Part shown: positions 1-9,921 of the stretch, piece by piece
How positions within the stretch are numbered: position 1 is the first letter of the stretch
Layout: the number at the start of each line of letters is the position of its first letter
Assembly (NCBI GenBank): GCA_017858325.1
Contig: JAFMBT010000002.1
Coordinates: 30,800-94,799 of the forward strand
Direction: 5' to 3'
From: Candidatus Planktophila sp.
GTDB taxonomy: Bacteria; Actinomycetota; Actinomycetes; Nanopelagicales; Nanopelagicaceae
DNA: 64,000 nucleotides
Position numbers and translations under genes: made by a program
Notes under the pieces: model-generated
Database searches by the model: none
Told to the model about the DNA's origin: nothing
What the model saw: the letters and a program-made list of their open reading frames with translations, nothing else

Positions 1-1
1 T

Positions 2-1276
2 CAGGCAATTGCAAGTACGGCAAATACTCTCTTTAAGATCGACTCTTTCTGGAGAAGTTGGTTGGTAGATCTCGCGGTGGATCAGAAGCGATATGGGGCG
101 GTAGGCGCTGTTGTCCCAGATATATTATCGAAGCAACCTACAACGCAAGAAGGTGCTTGGATTATTACTGATCGAGCTGGATGGGCTGATGCTGCAACTA
201 TTGTTCCGATGGCTGCCTATGAATCATTTGGAAGCTTGGCAACGTTAAGGCAGCAAGTCGAATCAATTCGCATCTATATTCGGGGATTATCTGAACGGCG
301 TAAAGGCGAGAAGTTTCTACCCGAAGAGTTCCAATTTGGTGATTGGTGTGATCCTGATGCGCCGATAGAGAAGCCCTGGGCATCTAAAGTCAAGGCGCAA
401 TTTGTAGCCAATGCTTTTTTTGCGCATTCAGCACAGCTTGCCGCAGATATTGAAGCACTTGTCGGCGATTCGGCACACCAGAAGGAGTACACCCAACTTG
501 CTGCAACCTTGCGCGAAGATATCTGGCAACATTTTGGAGAAGAGGCGAAAGAGTCAACAGCTGGTTGCTCAATCGCACTTGAATTTAAGATAGTTCCTGA
601 AGCCCAGAGAGCCACAGTCGCCAAGATATTGAGCGATAAAGTCATTGCAGATCAAGGGAAAATCACAACTGGCTTCCTTGGAACGCCATTAATTCTTCAT
701 GCGTTATCGAAAAACGGTCACTTTACTGCTGCGTACACAATGTTGATGCGTCGCAAGGTGCGTTCGTGGCTCTATCAAGTTGATCAGAGTGCCACAACAA
801 TTTGGGAACGCTGGGATGCGATTTATGAAGATGGTTCAATTCATAAAGGCCAGATTGAAACTGAGCACGAGCAACAAGAAGGCACATCAATGATCTCTTT
901 CAACCACTACGCCTATGGCGCGGTAATTGATTGGGTCTATCGTAATGTTGCAGGTATTGCTCCGACGGTGGCGAGCCCTGGCTATCGCCACATTACTTTT
1001 GCGCCACGACCAGGTGAGGGTTTTTCTTTCGCCTCGGCGAAGATAGATACCCCTTTAGGAATTGCATCAATTAAGTGGGAGATTATCGATGGCGCAAACT
1101 TTGCTGCAAAAATTGTCATTCCATTCGGAGCCAGGGGAGTTTTGGATCTTCCAGTGACGGCAACTTCACTTTTGCGAGTCAATGGTGTGCGAGTTGAAAA
1201 CAAAATTGAGCTGGGATTTGGAAGCTACGAGATACTTCTCTCTGATCCTGATGTAATAAAGTTTAACGTTCTCTGA
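2..1276 (+). CDS. alpha-L-rhamnosidase (GH78-like), C-terminal part; the 5' end lies outside the window
   Basis: The frame is open from nt 2, with no stop before the listed ORF at 62. Segments ATTIWERWD and SFNHYAYGAVIDWVYRNVAGI resemble bacterial GH78 catalytic/C-terminal regions. The gene is adjacent to a rhamnose catabolic operon. Confidence 0.6.
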   Translation, partial: QAIASTANTLFKIDSFWRSWLVDLAVDQKRYGAVGAVVPDILSKQPTTQEGAWIITDRAGWADAATIVPMAAYESFGSLATLRQQVESIRIYIRGLSERRKGEKFLPEEFQFGDWCDPDAPIEKPWASKVKAQFVANAFFAHSAQLAADIEALVGDSAHQKEYTQLAATLREDIWQHFGEEAKESTAGCSIALEFKIVPEAQRATVAKILSDKVIADQGKITTGFLGTPLILHALSKNGHFTAAYTMLMRRKVRSWLYQVDQSATTIWERWDAIYEDGSIHKGQIETEHEQQEGTSMISFNHYAYGAVIDWVYRNVAGIAPTVASPGYRHITFAPRPGEGFSFASAKIDTPLGIASIKWEIIDGANFAAKIVIPFGARGVLDLPVTATSLLRVNGVRVENKIELGFGSYEILLSDPDVIKFNVL

Positions 1277-1299
1277 TTCACGGTAGACAAAAACTGAGA

Positions 1300-2703
1300 T
1301 TACTTAATTGGGAGAAACGTTTTCTGCTCAAATGATTGAGAGATAGCTTTACGGAGTTCGGGTATCCCTGAAATTTCTCCGGCAGAGATAGCTTGGATCC
1401 CGATATTTCCGAGAAGTGTTGCCTCGACCGGTCCGGCTATGACAGTTTTTCCTGTCACATTTGCAATTAATTGATTGAGGAAGTGATTTGCGCTGCCACC
1501 GCCAACGATGAAGATACTGTCAAAGACTTGATTTTCAACTCTTTCAAATTCAAGAATAACCTCATGATATGCGTGGGCAAGGCTATCGAAAATGCAGCGG
1601 GCGAACTCACCTGGAGTTTTTGGTACTGCAACACCATTGAGTTCGCAGAAATCTCGAATGCGTCCGACCATATCTCCAGGATGCAGAAAACTATTGTCAG
1701 TTGGGTTTATGAGAAAGGAGTTAGCTGGGATCTTCTGCGCATCTGCGATCAATTCATCAATGGTCTTTGGCATCCCAGCGCTTGCCCAGTCTCTCTGACA
1801 TTCAGAGATCAACCACATGCCGATGACATTACGAAGCAGACGAACAGTTCCTTCTACTCCAAGTTCATTGGTGAGATTAATCTGCAGGGCTTCATTCGAC
1901 AAGTTTGGAACGCTTTTCTCGTAGCCTACGAGTGACCAGGTCCCACTTGAAATGTAGATTGATTTTTCAGGAATAGACATAGGCACAGCAGCGACAGCAG
2001 ATGCGGTGTCATGTGAGCCTACTGCAACAACTTCGATACCATCAAGCTTGCCGTGGCCAGAAATTTTACCCAGGCTGGCACCTGCTTCATGTAGAGCTGG
2101 AAAAATTTCGGAGGGTAGTTTTAAATCTCTAATCAGATTCCAATCCCATTCACGCAGAGTGGGATTGAGCAATTGAGTCGTTGATGCATTTGTAACTTCT
2201 TGGGTACTACTCCCACAGAGAAAGTAATTCAGCGCATCAGGAAGCAGAAGAAATTTCTCTACATCGATAAATTCACCAACAGATGTTCCTGCAATCAGTT
2301 GATAAATGGTATTAAAGGGAAGAAATTGAATCCCTGTTGCGTTGTAGATTTTTTCCTTGCCATGGAGAGCAATCGTCCTCTCCATGACATTATCTAGCCG
2401 ATGGTTTCGATAACTAAATACTCGCGGATTGAGATTTCCACCTTTTTCAATCAGCTGATAATCAATAGCCCAGGTATCAACTCCAACGGAGGTGAGATCG
2501 TATTTCTCTTGCGCCTTTGCCAGGCCTATCAGTACTTCATTTTGAAGCTCTCTCCAATTCCATAACAAGCCCTGCTCATCATCCATGATCGGTTCATTTA
2601 GAAAACGATGAACTACTTCAAAGGTAACTCTTCCACCAACAATCGAGCCAACAGCAACTCGACCACTGGTGGCACCTAAATCAATTGCTGCATAGGCTGA
2701 CAT
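1300..2703 (-). CDS. rhaB: rhamnulokinase (FGGY carbohydrate kinase family)
   Basis: It has the N-terminal AIDLGATSGRV phosphate-1 motif and the C-terminal VGGGSANHFLNQ motif, at 467 aa. It is tightly packed with the rhaEW, rhaI and rhaM homologs on the same strand. Confidence 0.8.
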   Translation of the reverse strand: MSAYAAIDLGATSGRVAVGSIVGGRVTFEVVHRFLNEPIMDDEQGLLWNWRELQNEVLIGLAKAQEKYDLTSVGVDTWAIDYQLIEKGGNLNPRVFSYRNHRLDNVMERTIALHGKEKIYNATGIQFLPFNTIYQLIAGTSVGEFIDVEKFLLLPDALNYFLCGSSTQEVTNASTTQLLNPTLREWDWNLIRDLKLPSEIFPALHEAGASLGKISGHGKLDGIEVVAVGSHDTASAVAAVPMSIPEKSIYISSGTWSLVGYEKSVPNLSNEALQINLTNELGVEGTVRLLRNVIGMWLISECQRDWASAGMPKTIDELIADAQKIPANSFLINPTDNSFLHPGDMVGRIRDFCELNGVAVPKTPGEFARCIFDSLAHAYHEVILEFERVENQVFDSIFIVGGGSANHFLNQLIANVTGKTVIAGPVEATLLGNIGIQAISAGEISGIPELRKAISQSFEQKTFLPIK

Positions 2704-2705
2704 GG

Positions 2706-4769
2706 TTAACGAAGGAAGGCACTCGCGACGCCGCTATCTACAGGGATATGTAATCCAGTAGTTAATGGCAGATCTCCGGCAACAAATGCAAAAGCTGCAG
2801 CTGCGATGTGAGAAGGGAGAACTTCTTTCTTCAGAATACTTCGCTGCGCGTAGAAAGCTCCTAGCTTCTCTTCTTCAACGCCGTAGACAGCGGCGCGATT
2901 GGCGCCCCAACCACTGGCAAAAATTCCAGAACCTTGCACAACGCCATCGGGGTTAATTCCATTTACGCGTATTCCATATTCTCCGAGCTCTGCCGCTAGG
3001 AGTCGCACTTGGTGGGCTTGATCAGCCTTTGTTGCACCGTAGGCAACGTTATTTGGCCCGGCAAAAACAGAGTTCTTTGAGGCAATATAGAGAATATTGC
3101 CATCCATTTTCTGCACGATCATAATCTTGGCTACTTCTCGAGAGAATAAGAAAGATCCACGAGCCATAACGTTATGCTGAAGATCCCAATCTTTAACGGT
3201 GGTCTCAACTAGTGATTTTGAAAGTGACAACCCGGCGTTATTCACCAAAATATCTAGCCCACCAAAGGCGAGACAGGTTGCATCTACAGCAATCGTAACT
3301 TGATCTTCGTCGGTGACATCAACTGCTACAGCGAGCAATCGTTCAGAGCCACCTAATTCAGAAATTAACTTTTGTGCACCTTCAAGGTCGCGGTCGGCGA
3401 TAGCAACGCAGGCACCTTCATCGAAGAATCTCTGAACAATCGCGCGTCCGATACCTGATGCGCCACCGGTAACTAGCGCGACATGTCCCTGAAGAGCCTT
3501 CGGTTTAGGCATACGCCGTAGCTTTGCTTCTTCTAGCTCCCAATACTCGATTCGGAATTTCTCGTATTCAGAAATTGGTGCGTAGGTCGATAGCGCTTCA
3601 GCGCCGCGCATCACGTTGATGGCGTTGGTGTAAAACTCGCCCGCCACCCGTGCGGTCTGCTTATCTTTGCCGTAAGAGAACATGCCGATTCCTGGTACCA
3701 AGATAATCAGCGGATCTGCTCCACGAACTGCAGGAGATTCAGGTGTGGCATAACGATTGTAATAAGCTAAATATTTATCCCTATATTCTTTATGTAGCGC
3801 ATCAACACGAGCGATGATTTCTTCTAGTTCAGCATCTGGTGCAGTATCTAAAACTAATGGTGAAATCTTCGTTCTTAAGAAGTGATCAGGACACGATGTT
3901 CCTAAGGCGGCAAGTTTTTCTAGCGACTGCCTCTGCATGAAATCCAGAACCACATCAGAATCGGTAAAGTGCCCAACCATGCGTGAATCAGTTGATGCGA
4001 CTCCACGGAGCAATGGAGCGAGCTTGGATGCACGTGCGCGTCGCTCGGCTAGCGGCAACGCTTTAAATTTTGCGACAACTGCTCCAAATGGATCAGATTT
4101 GCCTTGAGCCTTGATGAACTCTTCTGCCTTCTTAATTGCAGCGAGAGATCGTTTTTCGCATTCATCGGATGTATCTGCCCAGGTAGTCAGCCCGTGACCT
4201 CCGAGAATGCAACCCTGTGACTTCGGATTTTCTGAAGCGATGCGAGAAATCTCAAGACCAAGTTCAAAACCTGGCCGGCGCCAATCGACCCAGAGAATTT
4301 CATCGCCAAAGCAGGCCTTTGTTAAAGCCGGACCATCTGCAGAGGTGGCAAATGCAATGATTGAATCAGGATGCAAATGATCAACATGTAGCTTGTCGAC
4401 TAGCCCATGCATCGCAGTATCGATGCTCGGTGCTGCTCCACCTTTACCGAATAAGCAATAGTCAAATAAAGCGACCATCTCATCTTCACGGTCTTGGCCC
4501 ACATACACATTCTTTAAATCATTGAGCTTATCTACATAGAGTGCGGCTAGCCCCTGCTCGGTGAGAGTGCCTAAATCGCCACCAGAACCTTTCACAAATA
4601 AAAGTGTCGTCTCTTTACCTGTGATTGGATCAGTAATGCTCCCCTTGGCAGAAGTGTTACCCCCTGCGTAATTTGTGACCTTAGGATCTGCACCCAATCG
4701 GTGAGATCTAGCAATCAGTTGCTCAACTACAGGAGTTAACTCAGATATCTTTTTAATTATGCACCCCAC
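2706..4769 (-). CDS. rhaEW: bifunctional rhamnulose-1-phosphate aldolase / short-chain dehydrogenase (YuxG/RhaEW type)
   Basis: It is 687 aa. The N-terminal class II aldolase/adducin-like part carries NYAGGNTSAKG. The C-terminal SDR carries TGGASGIG and a YGATK (YxxxK) motif. It overlaps the rhaI stop by 13 nt. Confidence 0.8.
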   Translation of the reverse strand: MGCIIKKISELTPVVEQLIARSHRLGADPKVTNYAGGNTSAKGSITDPITGKETTLLFVKGSGGDLGTLTEQGLAALYVDKLNDLKNVYVGQDREDEMVALFDYCLFGKGGAAPSIDTAMHGLVDKLHVDHLHPDSIIAFATSADGPALTKACFGDEILWVDWRRPGFELGLEISRIASENPKSQGCILGGHGLTTWADTSDECEKRSLAAIKKAEEFIKAQGKSDPFGAVVAKFKALPLAERRARASKLAPLLRGVASTDSRMVGHFTDSDVVLDFMQRQSLEKLAALGTSCPDHFLRTKISPLVLDTAPDAELEEIIARVDALHKEYRDKYLAYYNRYATPESPAVRGADPLIILVPGIGMFSYGKDKQTARVAGEFYTNAINVMRGAEALSTYAPISEYEKFRIEYWELEEAKLRRMPKPKALQGHVALVTGGASGIGRAIVQRFFDEGACVAIADRDLEGAQKLISELGGSERLLAVAVDVTDEDQVTIAVDATCLAFGGLDILVNNAGLSLSKSLVETTVKDWDLQHNVMARGSFLFSREVAKIMIVQKMDGNILYIASKNSVFAGPNNVAYGATKADQAHQVRLLAAELGEYGIRVNGINPDGVVQGSGIFASGWGANRAAVYGVEEEKLGAFYAQRSILKKEVLPSHIAAAAFAFVAGDLPLTTGLHIPVDSGVASAFLR

Positions 4770-5923
4770 CCAGCTTGATTTCCGCCAACTCGTGTATCAG
4801 CAATCTTCTTGAGATAACCAGATGCCTTAAAGGCCTTCATTGGATTTGGATCAATACCTTTATCTGCGCGCCACTCTTCAAGTAATGGGCGTACATCGGT
4901 GTTATACGCATCCATCAAAACTGAATTAGCTTCAAGAACGTCACCTTCTTTTTGAGCGGCCTTAAGAGCGACTTGATCAACAAGAAGAGCCTTTGCAGTC
5001 GCCTCTTGTACATTCAAAATTGAGCGAATCTGGCCAGGGATTTTTGCTTCGATGTTATGGCACTGATCGAGCACAAATGACACTGGAGTTCCAACATCGA
5101 ATCCACCGTTGATATTTACCTCGTGGAGAATACGAAAGAGTTGGAATGGATCTGCCGCGCCAACAATTAAGTCATCATCGGCGTAGAAACGTGAGTTAAA
5201 GTCAAAAGCTCCAAGCCTCTTGGCACGTAGTAGCACGGCAACAATAAATTCGATATTTGTTCCTGGTGCATGGTGGCCAGTATCTACACAGACCATCGCT
5301 TTTTCACCAAGTTGGAGGCAATGTGCGTAAGAAGTACCCCAATCAGGGATATCTGTTGTGTAGAAGGAAGGCTCAAAGAATTTGTATTCGATCAGCATTC
5401 GCTGGTTGTCGCTCAAGCGCTTATATGTCTGCTGTAGGGCATCAGATAAGCGATCTTGACGCTCACTTATATTGTCTTGACCTGGATAATTTGTTCCATC
5501 GGCGAACCACAATTTTAGATCTTGTGATCCAGTGATATCCATGATGTTGATGCATTCAATAAGGTGAGCGATAGCTTTATCACGAACCTTCTTATCAGGG
5601 TGGCAGACAGAACCTAATTTGTAATCATCATCTTGGAAGGTATTTGAGTTAATCGTTCCAAGAACCACGCCGAGATCTTTAGCGTGCTTGGCAAAGGCGG
5701 CGTAATCTTCAACTTTATCCCAGGGAATATGAAGTGCGACGCTATGCGCAGCACCGGTGTACTTATGGACCTGTGCAGCATCTTCAACTTTTTCAAAGGG
5801 ATCGCGTGGTACTCCCGGCTGACCAAAAACTTTGAAGCGCGTACCAGAGTTGCCGTATGCCCATGAGGGAGTCTCTATTTGAAGTCGGTCAAGAACCTTC
5901 TTCGCCTCTGCCTTTGTTGCCAT
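4757..5923 (-). CDS. rhaI: L-rhamnose isomerase (xylose-isomerase-like TIM barrel, actinobacterial/Pseudomonas stutzeri type)
   Basis: The 388-aa protein has a sugar-isomerase TIM barrel look (WFADGTNYPGQ, VDTGHH). It sits between the rhaM and rhaEW homologs. Confidence 0.7.
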   Translation of the reverse strand: MATKAEAKKVLDRLQIETPSWAYGNSGTRFKVFGQPGVPRDPFEKVEDAAQVHKYTGAAHSVALHIPWDKVEDYAAFAKHAKDLGVVLGTINSNTFQDDDYKLGSVCHPDKKVRDKAIAHLIECINIMDITGSQDLKLWFADGTNYPGQDNISERQDRLSDALQQTYKRLSDNQRMLIEYKFFEPSFYTTDIPDWGTSYAHCLQLGEKAMVCVDTGHHAPGTNIEFIVAVLLRAKRLGAFDFNSRFYADDDLIVGAADPFQLFRILHEVNINGGFDVGTPVSFVLDQCHNIEAKIPGQIRSILNVQEATAKALLVDQVALKAAQKEGDVLEANSVLMDAYNTDVRPLLEEWRADKGIDPNPMKAFKASGYLKKIADTRVGGNQAGWGA

Positions 5924-5945
5924 TTCGATCTCCTCTAATTATTTG

Positions 5946-6269
5946 TTACTGAAGGAAGAAGACTTGTTCAAGGTTTGTCGAAGCGCGATCTGCATGGGCT
6001 CCATCAAGGTCTACAAAGAATGGCGCCATATCTTCTTGCCACTTTGCATTAATTGCCATTTTTGACATACCGTCACGAGATGCTTGCACGTCTTCGGTCT
6101 CGAAGTATCCAAAGAGAGTGCCATCGTTGCGATCCAGAAAGATTGAGTAATTCTTCCATCCGGTCGAGCTCAACGCTTCAAGCATTTCAGGCCAGACGTC
6201 AGCATGTCGAGCGACATACTCATCCATTTTTTCGAGGCGAACTTTAAGCCTAAATCCAACTCTTTCCAT
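5946..6269 (-). CDS. rhaM: L-rhamnose mutarotase
   Basis: The 107-aa protein starts with RVGFRLKV...Y...H..VWPE, typical of RhaM/YiiL. It is the first gene of the rhamnose operon. Confidence 0.8.
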   Translation of the reverse strand: MERVGFRLKVRLEKMDEYVARHADVWPEMLEALSSTGWKNYSIFLDRNDGTLFGYFETEDVQASRDGMSKMAINAKWQEDMAPFFVDLDGAHADRASTNLEQVFFLQ

Positions 6270-6344
6270 GATTGCTCCTCAAATTGATGTGGCTAAGAAT
6301 CTCAGAGCTGAGTTTATAAGTAGTTGGAAAGTCAGTCAATGCGC

Positions 6345-7244
6345 CTAAGCAATCAAATCAAATGCGATCATTGCACAACCAATTACTCCTGCATTTGATC
6401 CATGCTTTGCAATCTCAAGGCGAGGTTTTTGTTGAAAGGTAAGTGAAGAATCTAAGTCGTTACGAATTGGCCTCAAAAGCATCTCGCCGGCATTAGATAA
6501 ACCACCTCCAAAAATTATTACCTCAGGAGCGAGCACTGTGATTAATACTTCACAGGCGCGAGACATTGCAACTGTTGCAGATTTCCATACTTGTGTTGCA
6601 AGTGGATCACCTGAAGTTACTAGCCCGTAGATTTTCTCAGTGCTAGTGCTTACTGCGCTACCTAGTTCAGCGTATGCACTACTAATTGCTAGCGCAGATG
6701 AGACAGCTTCTAGGCAGCCCACCTTTCCGCAGACACAGAGTCGTTTACCATCGACATTAAGATGACCAATTTCTCCAGCATTTCCTTGCGCAGATTGTAT
6801 TTCGCCGTTAATGATCAGCGCCGCTGCGATTCCAGTTCCGATCGGAATGAAGATTGCATCCTTTATTCCTTGCGCGGCACCGCTGCGTAACTCGGCGAGT
6901 GCTGCGGTGCGAACATCGTGGCCAAATGCAACAGGAATATCAATAGCATCTTGTAAAAGATCTCGAATAGGTAAGTTCTCCCACTGAAGATTTCCAGCCC
7001 AACGCGCTATACCTGCTGCTTCATCAAGTGTCCCTGGAACAATTAAACCAACGGCTTCAATAGGTTGGGCTGTTGAGAGTTTTTTAACTTGCGTAGCGAT
7101 GATGCGGATTGTTTCGGCTGCCGTTCTATCTGCCTTCGGAGTGGGAGTAGAAGTTTGCGAATAAATGTTGAAATGAGAATCAACGACCGCAATTTTTATT
7201 TCGGTCCCGCCCACATCGACTGCAACTACATATCTAGAGGACAC
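6345..7244 (-). CDS. ROK-family sugar kinase
   Basis: It has the N-terminal VAVDVGGTEIK ATPase motif and the ROK zinc motif CVCGKVGCLE. Confidence 0.75.
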   Translation of the reverse strand: MSSRYVVAVDVGGTEIKIAVVDSHFNIYSQTSTPTPKADRTAAETIRIIATQVKKLSTAQPIEAVGLIVPGTLDEAAGIARWAGNLQWENLPIRDLLQDAIDIPVAFGHDVRTAALAELRSGAAQGIKDAIFIPIGTGIAAALIINGEIQSAQGNAGEIGHLNVDGKRLCVCGKVGCLEAVSSALAISSAYAELGSAVSTSTEKIYGLVTSGDPLATQVWKSATVAMSRACEVLITVLAPEVIIFGGGLSNAGEMLLRPIRNDLDSSLTFQQKPRLEIAKHGSNAGVIGCAMIAFDLIA

Positions 7245-7252
7245 GAAGCCAA

Positions 7253-8134
7253 TTATTTATCGAGGATGATAGATCGAGCAAGCCCACGAGGATTATCTGC
7301 ATCAACACCGCGCTTTTGCGCGATCGCGATTGCTACACGTTGGGCGCGAATGAGGTGTGCCATAGGATCTAAGGCGCTCGATTCAAAAAGTGCTCCCGTT
7401 GATTTGATGTCGCGAATCAAGTCAGCAGGGATCTCACCAAAGGCCCAGACTGCTCGACCTGGTTGTGAGATAGAGAGCGGTCCGTGACGGTAATCAAGTG
7501 CTGGATATGCCTCGGCCCAAAACTGTGATGATTCACGAGTTTTAAGCGCTGCTTCATGGGCTAATCCGATTGTCCATCCCCGTCCCAAGAAGCTAATTTG
7601 CTCCACGTTGACCAGCTCAGAGATATCACTAGCAAGTGCTTCTTCAGCATCTTTAATAATTGATGTCAGGTCAAATCCAAGGTGGGCGCGCAGTAGACCA
7701 AGCGCGGCAGTTGCCCAGCGACTTTGCACGACAGATTGTTCGTCGGCAAAATCCATAATAATTGTATCTGTCGCGTGAGCTTCAACGGGAGAATCATGAA
7801 TAGCGGTAAGCACTACAGAGGGCGTCTTAATCTTTGCGAGCAGTTCAACAATTTCAGTGGTGGTACCCGAGCGTGAAATCGAAACCACACGGTCGTATCT
7901 GCGGTTGTAATTAAATTCTGAGCCGGCATAGGCATCGGTCTCACCGTGACCGGCAGCTTCTCGCAGCTGGGCATATGCCATCGACATAAACCATGAGCTG
8001 CCACAACCGACTACAGCTACGCGCTCGCCTTTTTTCGGGAGTTTGTGAAAAACGCTTGGGGCAAATTCGGCTGTCTGACGCCAAATCTGGGGTTGAGATG
8101 CAATCTCTCTCTCAGCGTGAATCGCTCTGACCAT
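7253..8134 (-). CDS. SIS-domain sugar-phosphate isomerase/deaminase (AgaS / GlmS C-terminal-like)
   Basis: It has two SIS-like halves, VAVVGCGSSW and ISRSGTTTE. It lies next to a DeoR regulator and a class II aldolase. Confidence 0.65.
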   Translation of the reverse strand: MVRAIHAEREIASQPQIWRQTAEFAPSVFHKLPKKGERVAVVGCGSSWFMSMAYAQLREAAGHGETDAYAGSEFNYNRRYDRVVSISRSGTTTEIVELLAKIKTPSVVLTAIHDSPVEAHATDTIIMDFADEQSVVQSRWATAALGLLRAHLGFDLTSIIKDAEEALASDISELVNVEQISFLGRGWTIGLAHEAALKTRESSQFWAEAYPALDYRHGPLSISQPGRAVWAFGEIPADLIRDIKSTGALFESSALDPMAHLIRAQRVAIAIAQKRGVDADNPRGLARSIILDK

Positions 8135-8278
8135 GGCGTAAAGGTAGGGGTGGAGAGCAGGGAAGTCAAGAAATTCTGCAGAATAATGGCGTAGATCATC
8201 CGAGATTAAACAAAATCAGACAAAAGATTGATTTAATTGCAGGAAAATGATCAACTTGCCGGATGAAAGCGCAGCTAC

Positions 8279-9073
8279 GTGAGTAGGCAAGAACGCCTCT
8301 CGAGGATTCTTGAGATTGTTGTCGAGAAGGGCGCTGTCGATGTCGATTATGTCGCCGATACCTTGGATGTCTCTACCGCAACCATCCGCAGAGATTTTGA
8401 TTCGCTAGCTAAAAGGCAACTCCTGTCTCGCACACATGGCGGTGCAGTTGCCACAGGTGGCTCGCTCGGGCTGCCACTTACTTTTAAAGTGGCAAAAGAG
8501 GACGAGGTGAAAGAGCGAATTGCTGCAGCAGCAGCACAGATGGTTTCACGCCATGATGTCATCGGATTTAATGGAGGAACCACGACAGCAGCAGTGGCTC
8601 GTGCAATCGTTGCCAATCCTGTCTTTGCTCCGGGAGATCCCTCTGAACTTCAACCCGCGCTCACAGTTGTGACTAATGCCCTCAATATCGCCACTGAACT
8701 TACTGTGCGCTTTCAAATAAAAATTGTAGTTACAGGCGGAGTAGCTCGCCAGCAGTCATTTGAATTAACAGGACCTTTTGCAGAAGAGGTATTAAAAGAA
8801 GTTAATATTGATATTGCATTTATTGGCGTTGACGCAATTGACACATTTATAGGTGCCGCGGCTGTCCATGAAGATGAGGCTCGTATCAACCGCCAAATAG
8901 TTGCGCGTGCCCAGAAAGTTGTAGTTGTTACAGATAGTTCGAAGTTTAGTAAAAGAGCCTTTGCCTCAATCTGTCCTTTGAGTGAAATTGATGTGTTGAT
9001 TACAGATAAAGGAGTTGATCCCAAAACAGCGGATGAAATTCGCGCCGCGGGCGTTGAGATAGTTCTTGTATAA
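8279..9073 (+). CDS. DeoR/GlpR-family transcriptional repressor (GTG start)
   Basis: It has the N-terminal HTH segment VSTATIRRDFDSL and a C-terminal DeoR sugar-binding domain, at 264 aa. It is divergent from the SIS/ROK genes. Confidence 0.8.
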   Translation: MSRQERLSRILEIVVEKGAVDVDYVADTLDVSTATIRRDFDSLAKRQLLSRTHGGAVATGGSLGLPLTFKVAKEDEVKERIAAAAAQMVSRHDVIGFNGGTTTAAVARAIVANPVFAPGDPSELQPALTVVTNALNIATELTVRFQIKIVVTGGVARQQSFELTGPFAEEVLKEVNIDIAFIGVDAIDTFIGAAAVHEDEARINRQIVARAQKVVVVTDSSKFSKRAFASICPLSEIDVLITDKGVDPKTADEIRAAGVEIVLV

Positions 9074-9081
9074 GGAGAAAT

Positions 9082-9921
9082 ATGTCACGTACACATGCAA
9101 ATAAATTAGTATTAGTAGCAAAGAATTCAAAGACTGCGATTGGTGCATTTAATGTCATTCTACTTGAACACGCTGAAGCACTTATTTCTGGTGCAGAGAA
9201 AGCAAACCTTCCAGTAATCCTACAAATTAGCGAAAATTGTGTGACTTATCATCAAAGCCTCAAACCGATCGCACTTGCAACGATCGCACTTGCCGAGACT
9301 TCATTAGTTCCTGTTTCAGTCCACCTAGACCATGCCGAGAGCGAAGAACTGATTAAAGAAGCGCTAGACCTGGGGTTTGATTCGATTATGTTCGATGGAT
9401 CAAAACTTCCATTTGCCGAAAACGTTGCAACAAGTGCGCGAATCTCTGATCTCTGTAAAAGTTATGGAGCTACACTTGAAGTAGAAATCGGTGAAGTAGG
9501 TGGTAAGGACGGTGTTCACGCGCCTGGGATTCGTACAAAACCGTTAGAGGCAAAATCATTTGCTGAGGCGACGGGGGCCGATTTACTGGCAGTTGCTGTC
9601 GGATCCTCACATGCAATGACAACCCGTGATGCGACTCTTGATTTTCAATTGATTGCCGAGATTGCAGAATCAGTTTCGGTCCCTCTAGTGCTTCATGGAT
9701 CTTCAGGGGTCAATGATCGTGACCTTCAGAGGGCAGTAAGAGCGGGAATGAGTAAGATAAATATTGCGACGCATCTCAACCATGTTTTTACAGATGAAAT
9801 TCGAAAGTCTCTGCAAGCCAATCCCGAACTAGTGGATCCCCGAAAGTACATCTCTTTGGGGCGTGCAGCTGTGAGTGTAGAAACTGCACGCCTTCTGCGA
9901 ATCCTCAACTTAAGCGAGTAG
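9082..9921 (+). CDS. class II ketose-bisphosphate aldolase (tagatose/fructose-1,6-bisphosphate aldolase family)
   Basis: It has the HLDH metal motif, GSSH and LVLHGSSG, at 279 aa like KbaY/GatY. Confidence 0.75.
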   Translation: MSRTHANKLVLVAKNSKTAIGAFNVILLEHAEALISGAEKANLPVILQISENCVTYHQSLKPIALATIALAETSLVPVSVHLDHAESEELIKEALDLGFDSIMFDGSKLPFAENVATSARISDLCKSYGATLEVEIGEVGGKDGVHAPGIRTKPLEAKSFAEATGADLLAVAVGSSHAMTTRDATLDFQLIAEIAESVSVPLVLHGSSGVNDRDLQRAVRAGMSKINIATHLNHVFTDEIRKSLQANPELVDPRKYISLGRAAVSVETARLLRILNLSE

